A DNA stretch of 50,781 nt, from contig CAXHJY010000155.1 in assembly GCA_964016885.1 (NCBI GenBank), positions 1 to 50,781 of the forward strand, in the 5' to 3' direction. The notes under the pieces are model-generated. The model was not told the origin of the DNA and made no database searches. It worked only from the letters and a program-made list of their open reading frames with translations. The position numbers were made by a program, and so were the translations under genes. Below are positions 26,323 to 38,294 of the stretch, piece after piece. The stretch comes from Eledone cirrhosa (Eukaryota). Position 1 is the stretch's first letter, and every line of letters starts with the position of its first letter.

Positions 26323-26849
26323 ATATATATGAAGCCCCATAATTATAGGAAAAAGGAAGATAATGGAAATTTCTAAATATTCATGCTTTCTTAAAGATAC
26401 AGTTCAATGTTGCAAACAAGCAGGGGTCATATACTACATTTGATGGTTGGTGCTTGGTGTTGGGCACAATGCTGAACAATTATATTGGCATGCGAGAATG
26501 ATTATCCTTTATGAATGAAAAGGTTTGGCTCAATTCTTCCCAAACCCACTTTCACATATGCCAATTTTATCTGAAGCTTAAATAATGTATGTTGTGTCTA
26601 ATTCTGAATATGTATGTAGTTGTGTGTGTGTGTGTACAACCACACACACACACAGTTCATGATGTGTGTGTATGTATATGTGCACACACACAAATACACA
26701 CATTAATATTTTGCTCAATTAAAGTAGGACTTATAACCCTATTAGAACTCATTGTAGTGTAGATATAAATATCCCATCAAAGCAAATCGAAATTTTTTCT
26801 TGTACAAAAGTAGTGTCTTACTAAATGTTCAGTATTAAAGAACTGCAGA

Positions 26850-27208
26850 GTCTTCTTCTCTTCCTCCTTTCTGAGAAAGTTGTGGGGGCAGGGTTCTCAA
26901 ACACTCTCTCCAGTGGGTCAGAAGCAACCGTCTCCAACTAATCTGGTTGGATCCCCAAGTGTGACCAACCAAGCTTATGAATGTTATCCAACCATCTTGC
27001 CTGGGGTCTACTACCGGGTCTCTCCTGCTGGTTGGTTTTTGCCTGTAAAATCTGTCCAGCGATTCTTTCCTGAGACATTCTAACCACATGCCCATAGTAT
27101 CAGAGCTGTGATCTCTCAATTCGGAGAAGTAGCGTCTCTACCTTGAGTGACTCTCTGATTTCCAAGCTAGACATTCTAATGAGTAACATTACTCGAAAGA
27201 CCCTTCAG
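26850..27208 (-). pseudogene. Decayed C-terminal fragment of a second, older RTE-clade LINE
   Basis: Manual translation gives EIRESLKVETLLLRIERSQL*YYGHVVRMSQERIAGQILQA...RPGSRPQARWLDNI; a small piece recurs at ~29419-29467. Confidence 0.75.
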
Positions 27209-29530
27209 ATTTCTAAAATAAAATTATGATGGAAGGTTTTAAATATAAAGTTTAAAATAAACACTTTTGTATTATAAATCCAGGACACTTTCAGACACTT
27301 TGCTATTGAAAGTGTTAAATAGTAATCTTGAAACTGTTATAATTATAAGATCATTAAAAAACCCTAGAAACCTTCTGTGCAACAACTTTTTAGGAGCCCA
27401 GCTAAAGCTGCATAGGTGTGAGCTGTACATTTTATTTCATTACTTACTGTGTTAAACTTAAAATAACTTTCGTTTGATATAAACTTTTAAGTTTGATATG
27501 ATAATAAATATACTAAACCTGTGGAGCTTAACCAAAAATATTTATTCCTTTCCAAGATATCTTTCAGTATGTGGTCAGTTAAATTTTACTTTTTCCTGAG
27601 AAATGTGAAATTTTTCAGTTGATGAATACATTTAATGATTAAAAGAAAATATTTTAAAACAATCTTTTTAAAATTTTATATTTTAATTTGTTCTGCTTTG
27701 GTGTTCATTATTTTGAGGGTTGATATGCTTCATTGAACAATGCTAAAATGACAGTTGTAAGGAAGCAATGAAGAATACGGTGCATGAGCATCAATTATTA
27801 AATGCTGTGTGGCAAAGCATTGAATTTTTTTTCCCTTCCTCTTTTGGCTATATTGTTCTAGCAAGTTATTCTAATTCTAGCTTTATAGCAGAGAAAAGAA
27901 AGAGAAGAAAAATTTGAGTCAATTTTTTTTAGACTTATAGCGATATTTAAATAAAAAATGTTAGCTTTGAATTCAACACACGAAAAATAAGATTATAATT
28001 GGTGTAACATTAATGTCAACTAAGAAAGGCCAGAGAGATAATACAGCCCATTTCTGCAGTGTTATTGTTATTGTTGTGGTTGTTTTTTTGTTTGTTTTTT
28101 ATATGATAACTTCAAAAAATCTAATTGTATAAATATTGTTAAGCTTATCTTTGCATAACTATAATAAATACGCTAAGTTTATTAGGGAAAAATATCAGGT
28201 AGATTTGATTCTTTTCAGACACTTTTTTATTCTAGTTGATTGGAAATGGCCATTATATTTCTTTGGCAAGCACACTGCTGATTACTGTAATTATGGAATT
28301 AGTGCAGCTTTATTGCTCACAGACTTGCATATTTTAGTGCAGCCATAACACCTATAATTCAAAATACAGAGATTTTCTGTCACTCTCTCTCTCTCTCCTT
28401 CCCATTTTCCTCCTCCCACCTATCTCTCTCTCACTTTCTCCATTTCTTCATCTCATCAATGTCTGACAAGCAATTAATTTGTGCTGAGTGTAACATTGTG
28501 GTTGACTGTTCTCTAACCTACAGTAGAAATAGAAGTGGAAGTTTGCTAGTCTCTGAACCGTTTACAATCTGCATTGCAGCCATCCTTTTTCCTTCCTTTC
28601 TCTGTGGAATCAATCAATCATTGCTTGAAGCCTATGTCAGACAGGCAGACAGGCAAACATGGCAGGCCAGGCAGTCAGACATGCAGTCAGTCAGGCAAGA
28701 ATAAACAGCAACAACAACAGCAGCAATATGAGATTATAGCCTGACCTTCCTCATCTCTTCACCACCCATCACTCTCTTTTAACAAAAGTAACAACAACTG
28801 GATATGATTTTTATCTTGAAGATATTTCTTGTCTATTGTCTTTTGAGTTGAAGAGAGGAGTTTCTATCTTTTAATGGTTAGGTTGTTGTATTATTATAAG
28901 ATAAGAGAACAGGGAGAGAAATCATTATTGATGCTGACCTATGCAAATGTGATTTGCTTTATCAATGTTGATGGTCCTTTTCATGGTGTTTTGTAAGGAG
29001 GTGGTTGGTCTGAGTTACACCTCTGCCCTGACACCTTTTTCCCCATTGTTTCTTACTGGGGAAGTCTGTAATACTTAATTCTCTTCAACAACTGAGCCAG
29101 TGCCAAGGACAATAACTGTATATTTTTATTTCTTTCTTTAGATTAAATTCTTTGTTAATCCATCCTTCCATTATAAACACAACTATTTGAAATAATGGAT
29201 TTTTGTAGAGAAAATAGAAACTAGGAAAGTCTGAGTTTTAGCAATGTTATTCATTTAAAAAAAATTATCTTATGTAGAAAGATGTCTTGTTTATGCCTGC
29301 ATATATGCATAGACATGTATGCAGATCCATGTGATATTTCCTCATCATCATCATCACCGTAATCATCATCATCCTGGTCCTCATGATGATCATGAACACC
29401 ACCACCCCATCATCCTTACCCTGCTGGGTCTCCTGCTGGTTGGTTTTGCCTGTAAAAATCTGTCCAGAAAAAAAAAAAATATATTAGGAAAGAACAATGT
29501 TTTTTTCTTTAAAAAAAGACCACCACCACC

Positions 29531-29731
29531 TAACTCTTTTGATACCAACCCAACCAAAGCCAACTCTGGTCATATGAAACAAAGCCAACTATTTAAAAAG
29601 ATTCCTATTTAAGTTATAATTTTATATAAGGACCATATGCCAAGTGAACTATCTTAAATTAATGGTTTTAGTAAATTCCTCAAAATTCTTGATGAATTAA
29701 TTCATTTAAAATATGGTCATGAAAGGGTTAT
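29531..29731. mobile_element. piggyBac-type MITE, family 2 (reverse)
   Basis: TAACTCTTTTGATACCAACC ... ATATGGTCATGAAAGGGTTA. Confidence 0.65.
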
Positions 29732-30216
29732 TCATATGTTTGAAATTATGCTCTCTCACACACATGCACATGCGTGCGCGCGCACACACACACGTAAGTG
29801 AACAAAACAAAGAAAAGAGCACTGAATATGTAATGTAGAGTGTTGGGGCGCTGATCTGAAAAATAGAAGTGCCTTATAAACTTACAAATATATGGATACA
29901 ATAAATATATATATATATTTGTGCGTTATTATTTTTTTTATTGGTCTCAGTCAGATGGCTGCCAAGCTTGGTTACTGCTTTCAAGCATGATGCTTATTTA
30001 TCAGTCTCTAGTTGTCGAACAGCGAAGATATGGACGATTAACAGTAAATAGACACACACACACAAACAACAGACTTTAGCACAGTTTCCACCTACCAAAT
30101 TTCACCCACAAGGTATTAATCAACTTAAGGTTCTTGCCTACTGTGTCAAACAATGGAACTAAATTTGGAACCAAATTTTTTTTTTTAACCACACAGCTAT
30201 ACATGTAGCTATATAT

Positions 30217-30612
30217 CATCATCATCATCATCATCATTTTATGTCCGCTTTTCCCTGCTTGCAAGGGTGAGATGGGAACTGATTCTGGCTTGATTTCTAC
30301 AGCTGGATGCCCTTCCTAACACCAACCTTATTTACAGTGAGTGGTGGGTGCTTTTTTTTTTTTCCGTGGTGCCTACACGTCCACTTTACAGTGTGGGCTG
30401 GGTGCTTTTTTGGTGTGGCACCTCCATGACCACTTTGCAGTGAGTTGAATGATAGGGACCCCAGTCCTATCATCTCATTTCTACAGCTGAGTAAACTGGA
30501 GCAATGTGAAATAAAGTGTCATGCTCAAGGAAACAACACATCACCCGGTCTGAGAATTGAACTCACAACCTTTCTATTGCAAGGCCAATGCTCTAACCAC
30601 TAAGCCATGTAC

Positions 30613-30615
<3 letters not shown>
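30217..30615 (-). mobile_element. SINE family 1, long variant with duplicated internal module
   Basis: Same head, core and tail plus an extra TTTACAGTGTGGGCTGGGTGCTTTTT module. Confidence 0.9.
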
Positions 30616-30699
<84 letters not shown>

Positions 30700-30700
<1 letters not shown>

Positions 30701-30750
30701 TCATCATCAACGTTTAACGTCTATCTTCCACGTTAAACGTTGATGATGAT
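30700..30750. repeat. Perfect 21-bp inverted repeat made of an RTE-type tail
   Basis: ATCATCATCAACGTTTAACGT-ctatcttcc-ACGTTAAACGTTGATGATGAT. Confidence 0.9.
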
Positions 30751-30768
30751 ATATATATTTAGCCACAT

Positions 30769-31145
30769 GGAGGCACATGGCTTAGTGGTTAGAGCATTGG
30801 GCTTGCAATCAAAAGGTTGTGAGTTCAATTCTCAGACCGGGTCATGTGTTGTTTCCTTGAGCAAGACACTTTATTTCACATTGCTGCAGTTTACTCAGCT
30901 GTAGAAATGAGATGATAGGGACTGGGGTCCATGTCATTCCACTGTAAAGTGGTCGTGGAGGTGCCACGGCAAAAAGCACCCAGCCCACACTGTAAAGTGT
31001 AGGCACCATGGGGAAAAAAGCACCCAGCACTCACTGTAAATGAGGTTGGTGTTAGGAAGGGTATCCATCTGTAGAAATCAAGCCAGAATCAGTTCCCGTC
31101 CCACCCTTAAAAGCAGGGAAAAGCAGACGTAAAATGATGATGATG
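30769..31145 (+). mobile_element. SINE family 1, long variant
   Basis: GGAGGCACATGGCTTAGTGG head through (TGA)n tail. Confidence 0.9.
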
Positions 31146-31612
31146 CATAGCTGTGTGGTATATATAGTAATAATAATAATAAATGTGAAGACTAAAATCC
31201 AAAGAGGGCTCGATAAGGATAAATATATATATCAGATTTATAAGAACCCTAGAGCAAATAATTATTATTACTTTTATGATTTTAATAACTTCTGTCATTT
31301 TCGTTCAACTAATTTATTTACATTATTCTTAACTCCGAAGCCAATAGAATATTAGTCTAATGACTCCATGTATACCATAAATGTGGTTTTGTCTTTGCGT
31401 TCCACATGACGACGTATTATCTTCGCTTTTTTCCGTTCATTGCCAGGGAACGTCTTCACGAACCAAAGTATCATCTTCCTGTTTTCCTTCGGTTGCAACG
31501 TTTTTCAAAATATTTACTTCTGCGTTCACAGATTGATTTTTTTTTAGTTTCAGAAGATCCCGTTAAGGGTGAAAGCAGCGATTCTTTGCTTAAACTTTAA
31601 TCTGTTATTTTA

Positions 31613-31660
<48 letters not shown>

Positions 31661-33375
31661 TCCCACCCAATCACCTTTTAACTAATGTCTGTTTTTTCCT
31701 GCAGACATGCATGCACACACATACACATGATCAAGAGTGGTTTTATGAAGAAGAATGGGAAGAGACCACAGTTAAATAGGGAATAAGGTACTAAATACAT
31801 TAAGGAAGGTATTTCATTTATTTCATATAGAAATAACTTCTACAGGACTATAACTAATTTGTTCTTATGAAATCAGACATATAAATGCACAAGGAAATTC
31901 GTATTTTCTGGCATGTTAGCATGCCTACATATCAGATATGTGTATACATTTATACATGATGATGCAGTCACGGTTACACACTCTTTATTTATACAGATAT
32001 AACTTTATCATACACTTCAGTTGGTTGATACACAATATAAATATAAATACATGTAAACAAAATTTCATTGTTTTTTTTTTTTTTGTTTTTGTTTTTTTAA
32101 ATATATATATATAATTTAAATGATTGCTATATTACTTGAAATGTATTGAATAGATCACTGGTTAAATAGATAGATTTTTTTTTTTTCCCCCTTCAACCAC
32201 ACCCAATGATATTTTTTCTAAAGCAAAATAGTTGAGTCAGGCATTATTTTTTTTTTTTTACTTGTTTCAGTTTAATCTAGGAATGTTTCATCAATTAATC
32301 AATCTGTTCAGCAAGAGAAATACTGAGTGTGTTTGTTTGGGGGCTTTTATTTACACATGACCATTACAGTTTTATGGCCTTTCAATATGGCTGTCTCCTG
32401 AAAAGAGTTAAAGGTAAAGCTATTTTCACTGTTATTTTTTGGTGGGAAGTATGTTTACTTAAAAAAAAAAAATAATAAATAAATAAGAAGTGTAGAGAAA
32501 TATACAAAAAAAAAAGAAAACAAAACAACAAACAAACCAAAATTGAGGAAAAAAATATGGAAAAACATTTCCTTTCTAAAATTGGAAGGAATACATACAT
32601 TGATTTGTCTGTTGCTAAATGTCGGATTGTTTGGTGGGCTGGTTGGCAGGCGAATTGATGGGTTGGTTAGTTGACTAGTAGACTTATGTATGGGGTTGAT
32701 GTGTTGGTTGGTGGGTTAGTGGTCTGGCTGGCTGGTAGGTGAGTGGGCTGATGTATATTTTACAAGCTTCAATATAGTATCTCACATGTTCTCTCTTCTT
32801 CTCTATCTCTCTTATTTAACAAGAGAAGAGAGAATGCTTTCCAACCAGCGTTTTTTTTTAATCATTTTTATATTTTATATTTTAAATGTGTTTTGGATAA
32901 AAAGCTAACTCAGATGAAATATTGTTCATCTAATTTAAGAAATTGTTTCCAAAAAGTTCATTTTTAAATGTTGCTTTTTTGTTGTTGTTGTTGTTGTTCT
33001 TGTTGTTCTTGTTGTTCTTATTAGTAAACTTGTTTCTCTTATCCATTAATCTAGTGCCCCCCCCCCCCTCACCTCCACAACTATCTATCTCCTCCATTTC
33101 TCAACCTATCTCCCATCTCTTCCTTTCCCTCTTTATCTCCTCCATCCTCTCACTTTCCTGGCATAAATTTTTTTAAAACAGTGGCTATTTTCTGTTGGGG
33201 ATTTTATGCAAAATGCTATAAAAGACTAACACTCAAACCATTTTGCTTGTTTTCCAACAACTTTTTCAGCCCCCACTCCTTCCCTTTTTTCATCATTACT
33301 CTTTAAGGAGCAATACATATTGAATGTAATATCTTTTTCAACATATTCCTTTTTCCTCTTGCCCTGCTAAATAAT

Positions 33376-33575
33376 TGTTTCTACTTTTGACACAAGGCCA
33401 GCAATTACCCAGTGTATTACTGGTACTTTATTTTATCAACCCTGTAAGGACGAAAGGCAAAGTTAACCTCAGCGGGATTTGAACTCAGAATGGAAAGGGC
33501 CGTAACTCTTTGCGTCCCTTTCCATTCTGAGTTCAAATCCCGCTGAGGTTAACTTTGCCTTTCATCCTTACGGGG
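33376..33575 (-). mobile_element. Truncated SINE family 2 with fold-back duplication and 12-bp TSD
   Basis: TSD CTGCTAAATAAT at 33364-33375 and 33576-33587; arms 33440-33499 and 33516-33575 with 2 mismatches. Confidence 0.85.
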
Positions 33576-33816
33576 CTGCTAAATAATGATTTAGGAATAT
33601 ATATACATATATATGTGTGTGTGTGTGTGTATAACCCATGCCAGCATGGAAACTAGATGTTAAACAGCATTGATATATCCCACCCCTCTACGTCTAGCAT
33701 ACCTCTCTGATTTAATATAAATGGATTAGTTTAAAGATGTATTTGGTTAGAGTTAGGTTTCATCTAATTCAAAACCAAAATGCACATGTGTATGTGTGTG
33801 GTATATATATATATAT

Positions 33817-33883
<67 letters not shown>

Positions 33884-34210
33884 GTGTGTGAGAATATAAT
33901 GGGGATTTTAGTGTAGATAGTAGGTCCCTGTGGTTAATTATTTCACCTACTGGTCACTTCTGTTTTGACGTTCTATATCCTCAACTATAAAGTGTATTAT
34001 TGGTGTATGTGTGTTTCTCTGTGAATTCATATTTCTCTGTCTGCAAGTATGTTGTTATATGTCTATGTGTGTCGATGTTTGTATTTGCTATTTATTCACA
34101 CCTGGCTTTCTTCAATGCTCTCATAAACAGGACCTGAGAAATCCTGTCGAAAACTTTCTCTCTAGTTCATCAAATGCAATATAAATTTTTTTTTTAAATG
34201 CATGTATGGC

Positions 34211-34420
34211 TTAACCCTTTAGCATTTACATTACTCTATATATATACTATTATATTTTTACGGTAAACACATTATCTCACATAATATCGAATCAATGAGA
34301 TTTTGATATTATTATTTTGAGAACATTTCCTTAACATCAGTATGAATGGCCAGTTACAGCTGGTTTCAACAGGAAGAGGTGAGAGAATTCTGACTGGATA
34401 TGGCCGGTTTAAATGCTAAA
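34211..34420. mobile_element. piggyBac-type MITE, family 1 (right tip lost)
   Basis: TTAA-CCCTTTAGCATTTA ... TTTAAATGCTAAA. Confidence 0.8.
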
Positions 34421-35763
34421 TGATTTGTTGCCATATTTCTAATGAAAGAGACTACCTATCATTAACATACACACATCATAAAAAGAACACAGATGAATAT
34501 AGGAAACAGAAAACTCAAAAGAGACAAGCACATAAAAAATTCCCACTCATCAGCTGTCTTCTAGGGATCATTATAGTTTTGGTTGCTTTATATATATATA
34601 TATTTATAAATAAAATCATCATCGTTTTTAGGTCTGTTTTTTCATGCTTTATGGCTGCATAAGCCATAATGAAGGCAACCCGTCTAGGAGAGTAGACAAT
34701 CTCTCTAGTGCTGGTGTCACAAATGGTGCACCCAGTCCGCACTGTAAAGTGGTTGGTGATAGGAAGGGCATCCAGCCAGAAAATCCCTGCCAAAATATGG
34801 CAAACACGACATATATTCTCACTAATTGCATATACAGGGCTAACAGTAGACATGTTAGTGCTGCGCACGGCAGTTGGGTGGCTCGAGTAGCCATGTGTGA
34901 GAACCCCTCGACCGTCATCAAGCTATATGCACACACACCACACCACACACACACACACACACCTTTTCCTACCCATGCATTGAGTACTCCTATGATTTGT
35001 GGTCTCCCTGGTCTCACTGCAGACTCTATATATGTGTATGTATGTGTATATGTATATATAGATATACACTTGTGCACACACATGTTTACTTGTGTATGGT
35101 TAGTAGTTGAACTGATGCATACAATGTACATTCACGCTCGCTGTCTATTTTATCCACTTGATGTTAACTCAACATACCCAATTAGTATAATCCATTCTTA
35201 AATACCACTTTGGTTTTATATCATATTTTCAAATTTGAAATTCATCACTAATCACTTACTACACTGGTACTTTTGATGCCAGATACCAGCCATTCGAAAG
35301 ACAAAATGTTATAGCCTCTTCTTCTAACTCGACAACAAACAAACCAGGCATAAGGAACAAGAGAAGGAGACAAAGAATGAGGCAAAGGAGAAGAAAAAGA
35401 GAACATGAGGATTTCTACAAATACTTTGAATACTTCACCATCGTCACCACCAGCACCATTGCCACAACAGACTTAACAGACTTTCTACCTCTGCCAACTG
35501 AAGCAAAAATGGATGGTATGGAAAGAAAATGATTGCTTGTTGATATATTAAAATTGACATTAAACAAGTCGTTATCTAAGCCGGACACTGAAACCATAAT
35601 TACTGTCAACAAATAGAGGCAGTTTGATCTTTCCTCGCTTTCTTTCTTTATTCATTAGCTGCAATTTGATTACACACACACACATTTACATGCCTGCATA
35701 TTACACACATATACATACATACATACATACATACATACATACATACATACATACATACATACA

Positions 35764-35794
<31 letters not shown>

Positions 35795-36246
35795 TCACAC
35801 ACACACACACACACATACATAAACACACAAACACACATATATATATTACACACTTAGACACTTGTAATCTTATTTGGCATTCAACTCATGCTGCCATATC
35901 TCTTACCTCTTAGTAGCATTTCTCTTGCTTTGACATTTCTAACCACCATCACCAGCACCACACTACCACAGTCATCTTTTAACTACCACCCCCACCACTA
36001 TTATTATCCTTTAACTTCAGCCATCATCACCCTTATGGCCATCATCCTCTAACTACAATCATCATCTCCATAACTACAAGCATAATTCTCTCTAACTACT
36101 ATCATCCTCAGTCACCACAATTATCACCACTACAAACACATTGAATAGGGTATTCCTAGATACACTATTATTTTATGTCTGCTTTTCCATGCTTGCGTGG
36201 GAGATTTTGAGGCAGCATTTAATAGCCAGAAGCCCTTCCAGATGCC

Positions 36247-36473
36247 AACCCTTTTAGTCCCCTCTTACGATATGCAAGGATATGATGGACCAATTCTAAA
36301 ACCAGAATAGACAATGTGGCATTCTAAAAACTGGGATACATATGATATCACCAGCAACCCATCCAGGTGGTAACCCTTTTAGTCCCCTCTTACGGCATGC
36401 AGGGATATTGTGGACCTATTCTAAAATCAAAATAGACAATCTGGGATTCTAAAAACTGGAATACATATGATAT
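36247..36473. repeat. ~125-bp tandem duplication
   Basis: AACCCTTTTAGTCCCCTCTTACG...ATACATATGATAT occurs twice. Confidence 0.85.
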
Positions 36474-36562
36474 TTGATTTGGAGAGTAGGGAGCAAATCG
36501 TGCAGTCGTGGCTGAATTTCCTTTCCACCTTGGGTCTGCTCAATCAGAGTTGATCTGGGAGT

Positions 36563-36793
36563 TTAACCCTTTAGCATTCAAACCGGCCATATCCACCCAG
36601 AAATGTATCACCTCTTTCTGTTCAAACCAGTTGAAACTGGCCGCTTATACTGATGTTAAGGTATTGTTCTCAAAATAAATAATATTAAAATCTCATAGAT
36701 TCGTTATTATGTGAGATAATTATGTAAGATAAAGTGTTTACTACAAAAGCACAATAGTATATATATAGAGTAATGTGAATGCTAAAGGGTTAA
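36563..36793. mobile_element. piggyBac-type MITE, family 1, intact ends
   Basis: TTAA-CCCTTTAGCATTCA ... TGAATGCTAAAGGG-TTAA: perfect 14-bp TIR and TTAA TSD. Confidence 0.9.
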
Positions 36794-36861
36794 ACAACAA
36801 CACTTTTGACAGTTTCACAGCTATCATAGGCATCATTACAACTTTCATCACCACATCAGAA

Positions 36862-36990
36862 CTTACGTTCTGAGTTCAAATCTCACCGAGGTTAACTTTG
36901 CCTTTCATCCTTACGGGGCCGATAAAATAAAGCACCAGTAATTCACTGGGGTAATTGCTGGCCTTGTGCCAAAAGTAGAAACAATTATTA
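36862..36990 (+). mobile_element. 5'-truncated SINE family 2
   Basis: TTCTGAGTTCAAATC..CCGAGGTTAACTTTGCCTTTCATCCTTACGGGG...AGAAACAATTATTA. Confidence 0.8.
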
Positions 36991-38251
36991 CCATCACCAC
37001 TACTATCTTTACTAATAATGTTCCTTCAATATTTTTATGCAAGATTGTTTAAAAAAAACCCTCCTCCATCACTCTATCACTTATTAACTCACTTTCCTCT
37101 CTCTCTCTGTATGTGTGTGTGTGTGTATATATATGCACACATGCATACATGCACAGCACAAATACATTGCATGCAAGAAAACACTATTGGTAACACACAC
37201 ACACACAGACACTCACACTCATTCATCCATATACTTCCCTCCTATACATACACATATACACTCCCTCTCACACGCAAACACAGTGTACACTTTGCAGACA
37301 TTAATTTTATATTTTCCCCCAAATCTAAATGTTTCTGGAAAAAAATTATTTTATTATTCATTTTCTTTATCCCCCCCCCCCCTAATTTCTATCTCACATA
37401 AATTAATGTTCTTTCTCTATGACTAGTGCTAGTGCAACAGCATTGAAGAATTTTCACTGATTGTAGCAAATCTTTTTGCCATTTTGGAGGGATTTTTGTG
37501 AATGTATGCGTGTATGTTGGGTTTATAAACATTTTTTAAATATTATATTTTATTAATTATATGTATGCGTGTGTATATTCATGTATATGTCTAGGTGTGT
37601 GTATGTGTATGCATATATATATATATATATTATTTTATTTTTCTTCTTGTTCTTCTGTCTTGTCTCTTCTTCCTCTAGTTGTAATTTCCCCTGTGGAAAA
37701 AAAGATGGTAATAGCCTTTATGAAAAGCCATATGCAATTTTTGGAGGCTGAAAGATAGTGTAAGCCATTAAGATCTTGCTATGTTAGGGTTATATTCATA
37801 AGTTCAATATATGAGCGATGTCTTGTTGTCTTCTTTTTCCGCCATGCATAGTGTGCAGGGATAAGATCCTTTTCACTATCTCCTATTATGCTAGAGTAAT
37901 AAACTTTTTTCATGACATTGAAAGATTTGTCCTGGCATTTTCTTTCTGTCTTTTTTTTAAAACTCTTTCTTTGTTTTGTTTTGTTTTGTAATATTGTTTT
38001 ATTTATTTTTGTTATATTTTTAAGAATAGGAAGGAAGGAATGAAAGGAGGAGGAAACACAGAAATTGGTGGTTGGGTGACTGGGTGGTGGTTACGTTGTT
38101 AGTCTCCATCCACATTTAAAAAAAGTTATCATCATCATCATCATCATAATTTATTTATATTTCTTATTCTATTCCTTTATATTGATATTTTCAGCTTTTG
38201 TTGCCATGGTGTTTCAATGTATGTGGAGGGTAGTGCATTTTGTTTTGTCCC

Positions 38252-38294
<43 letters not shown>

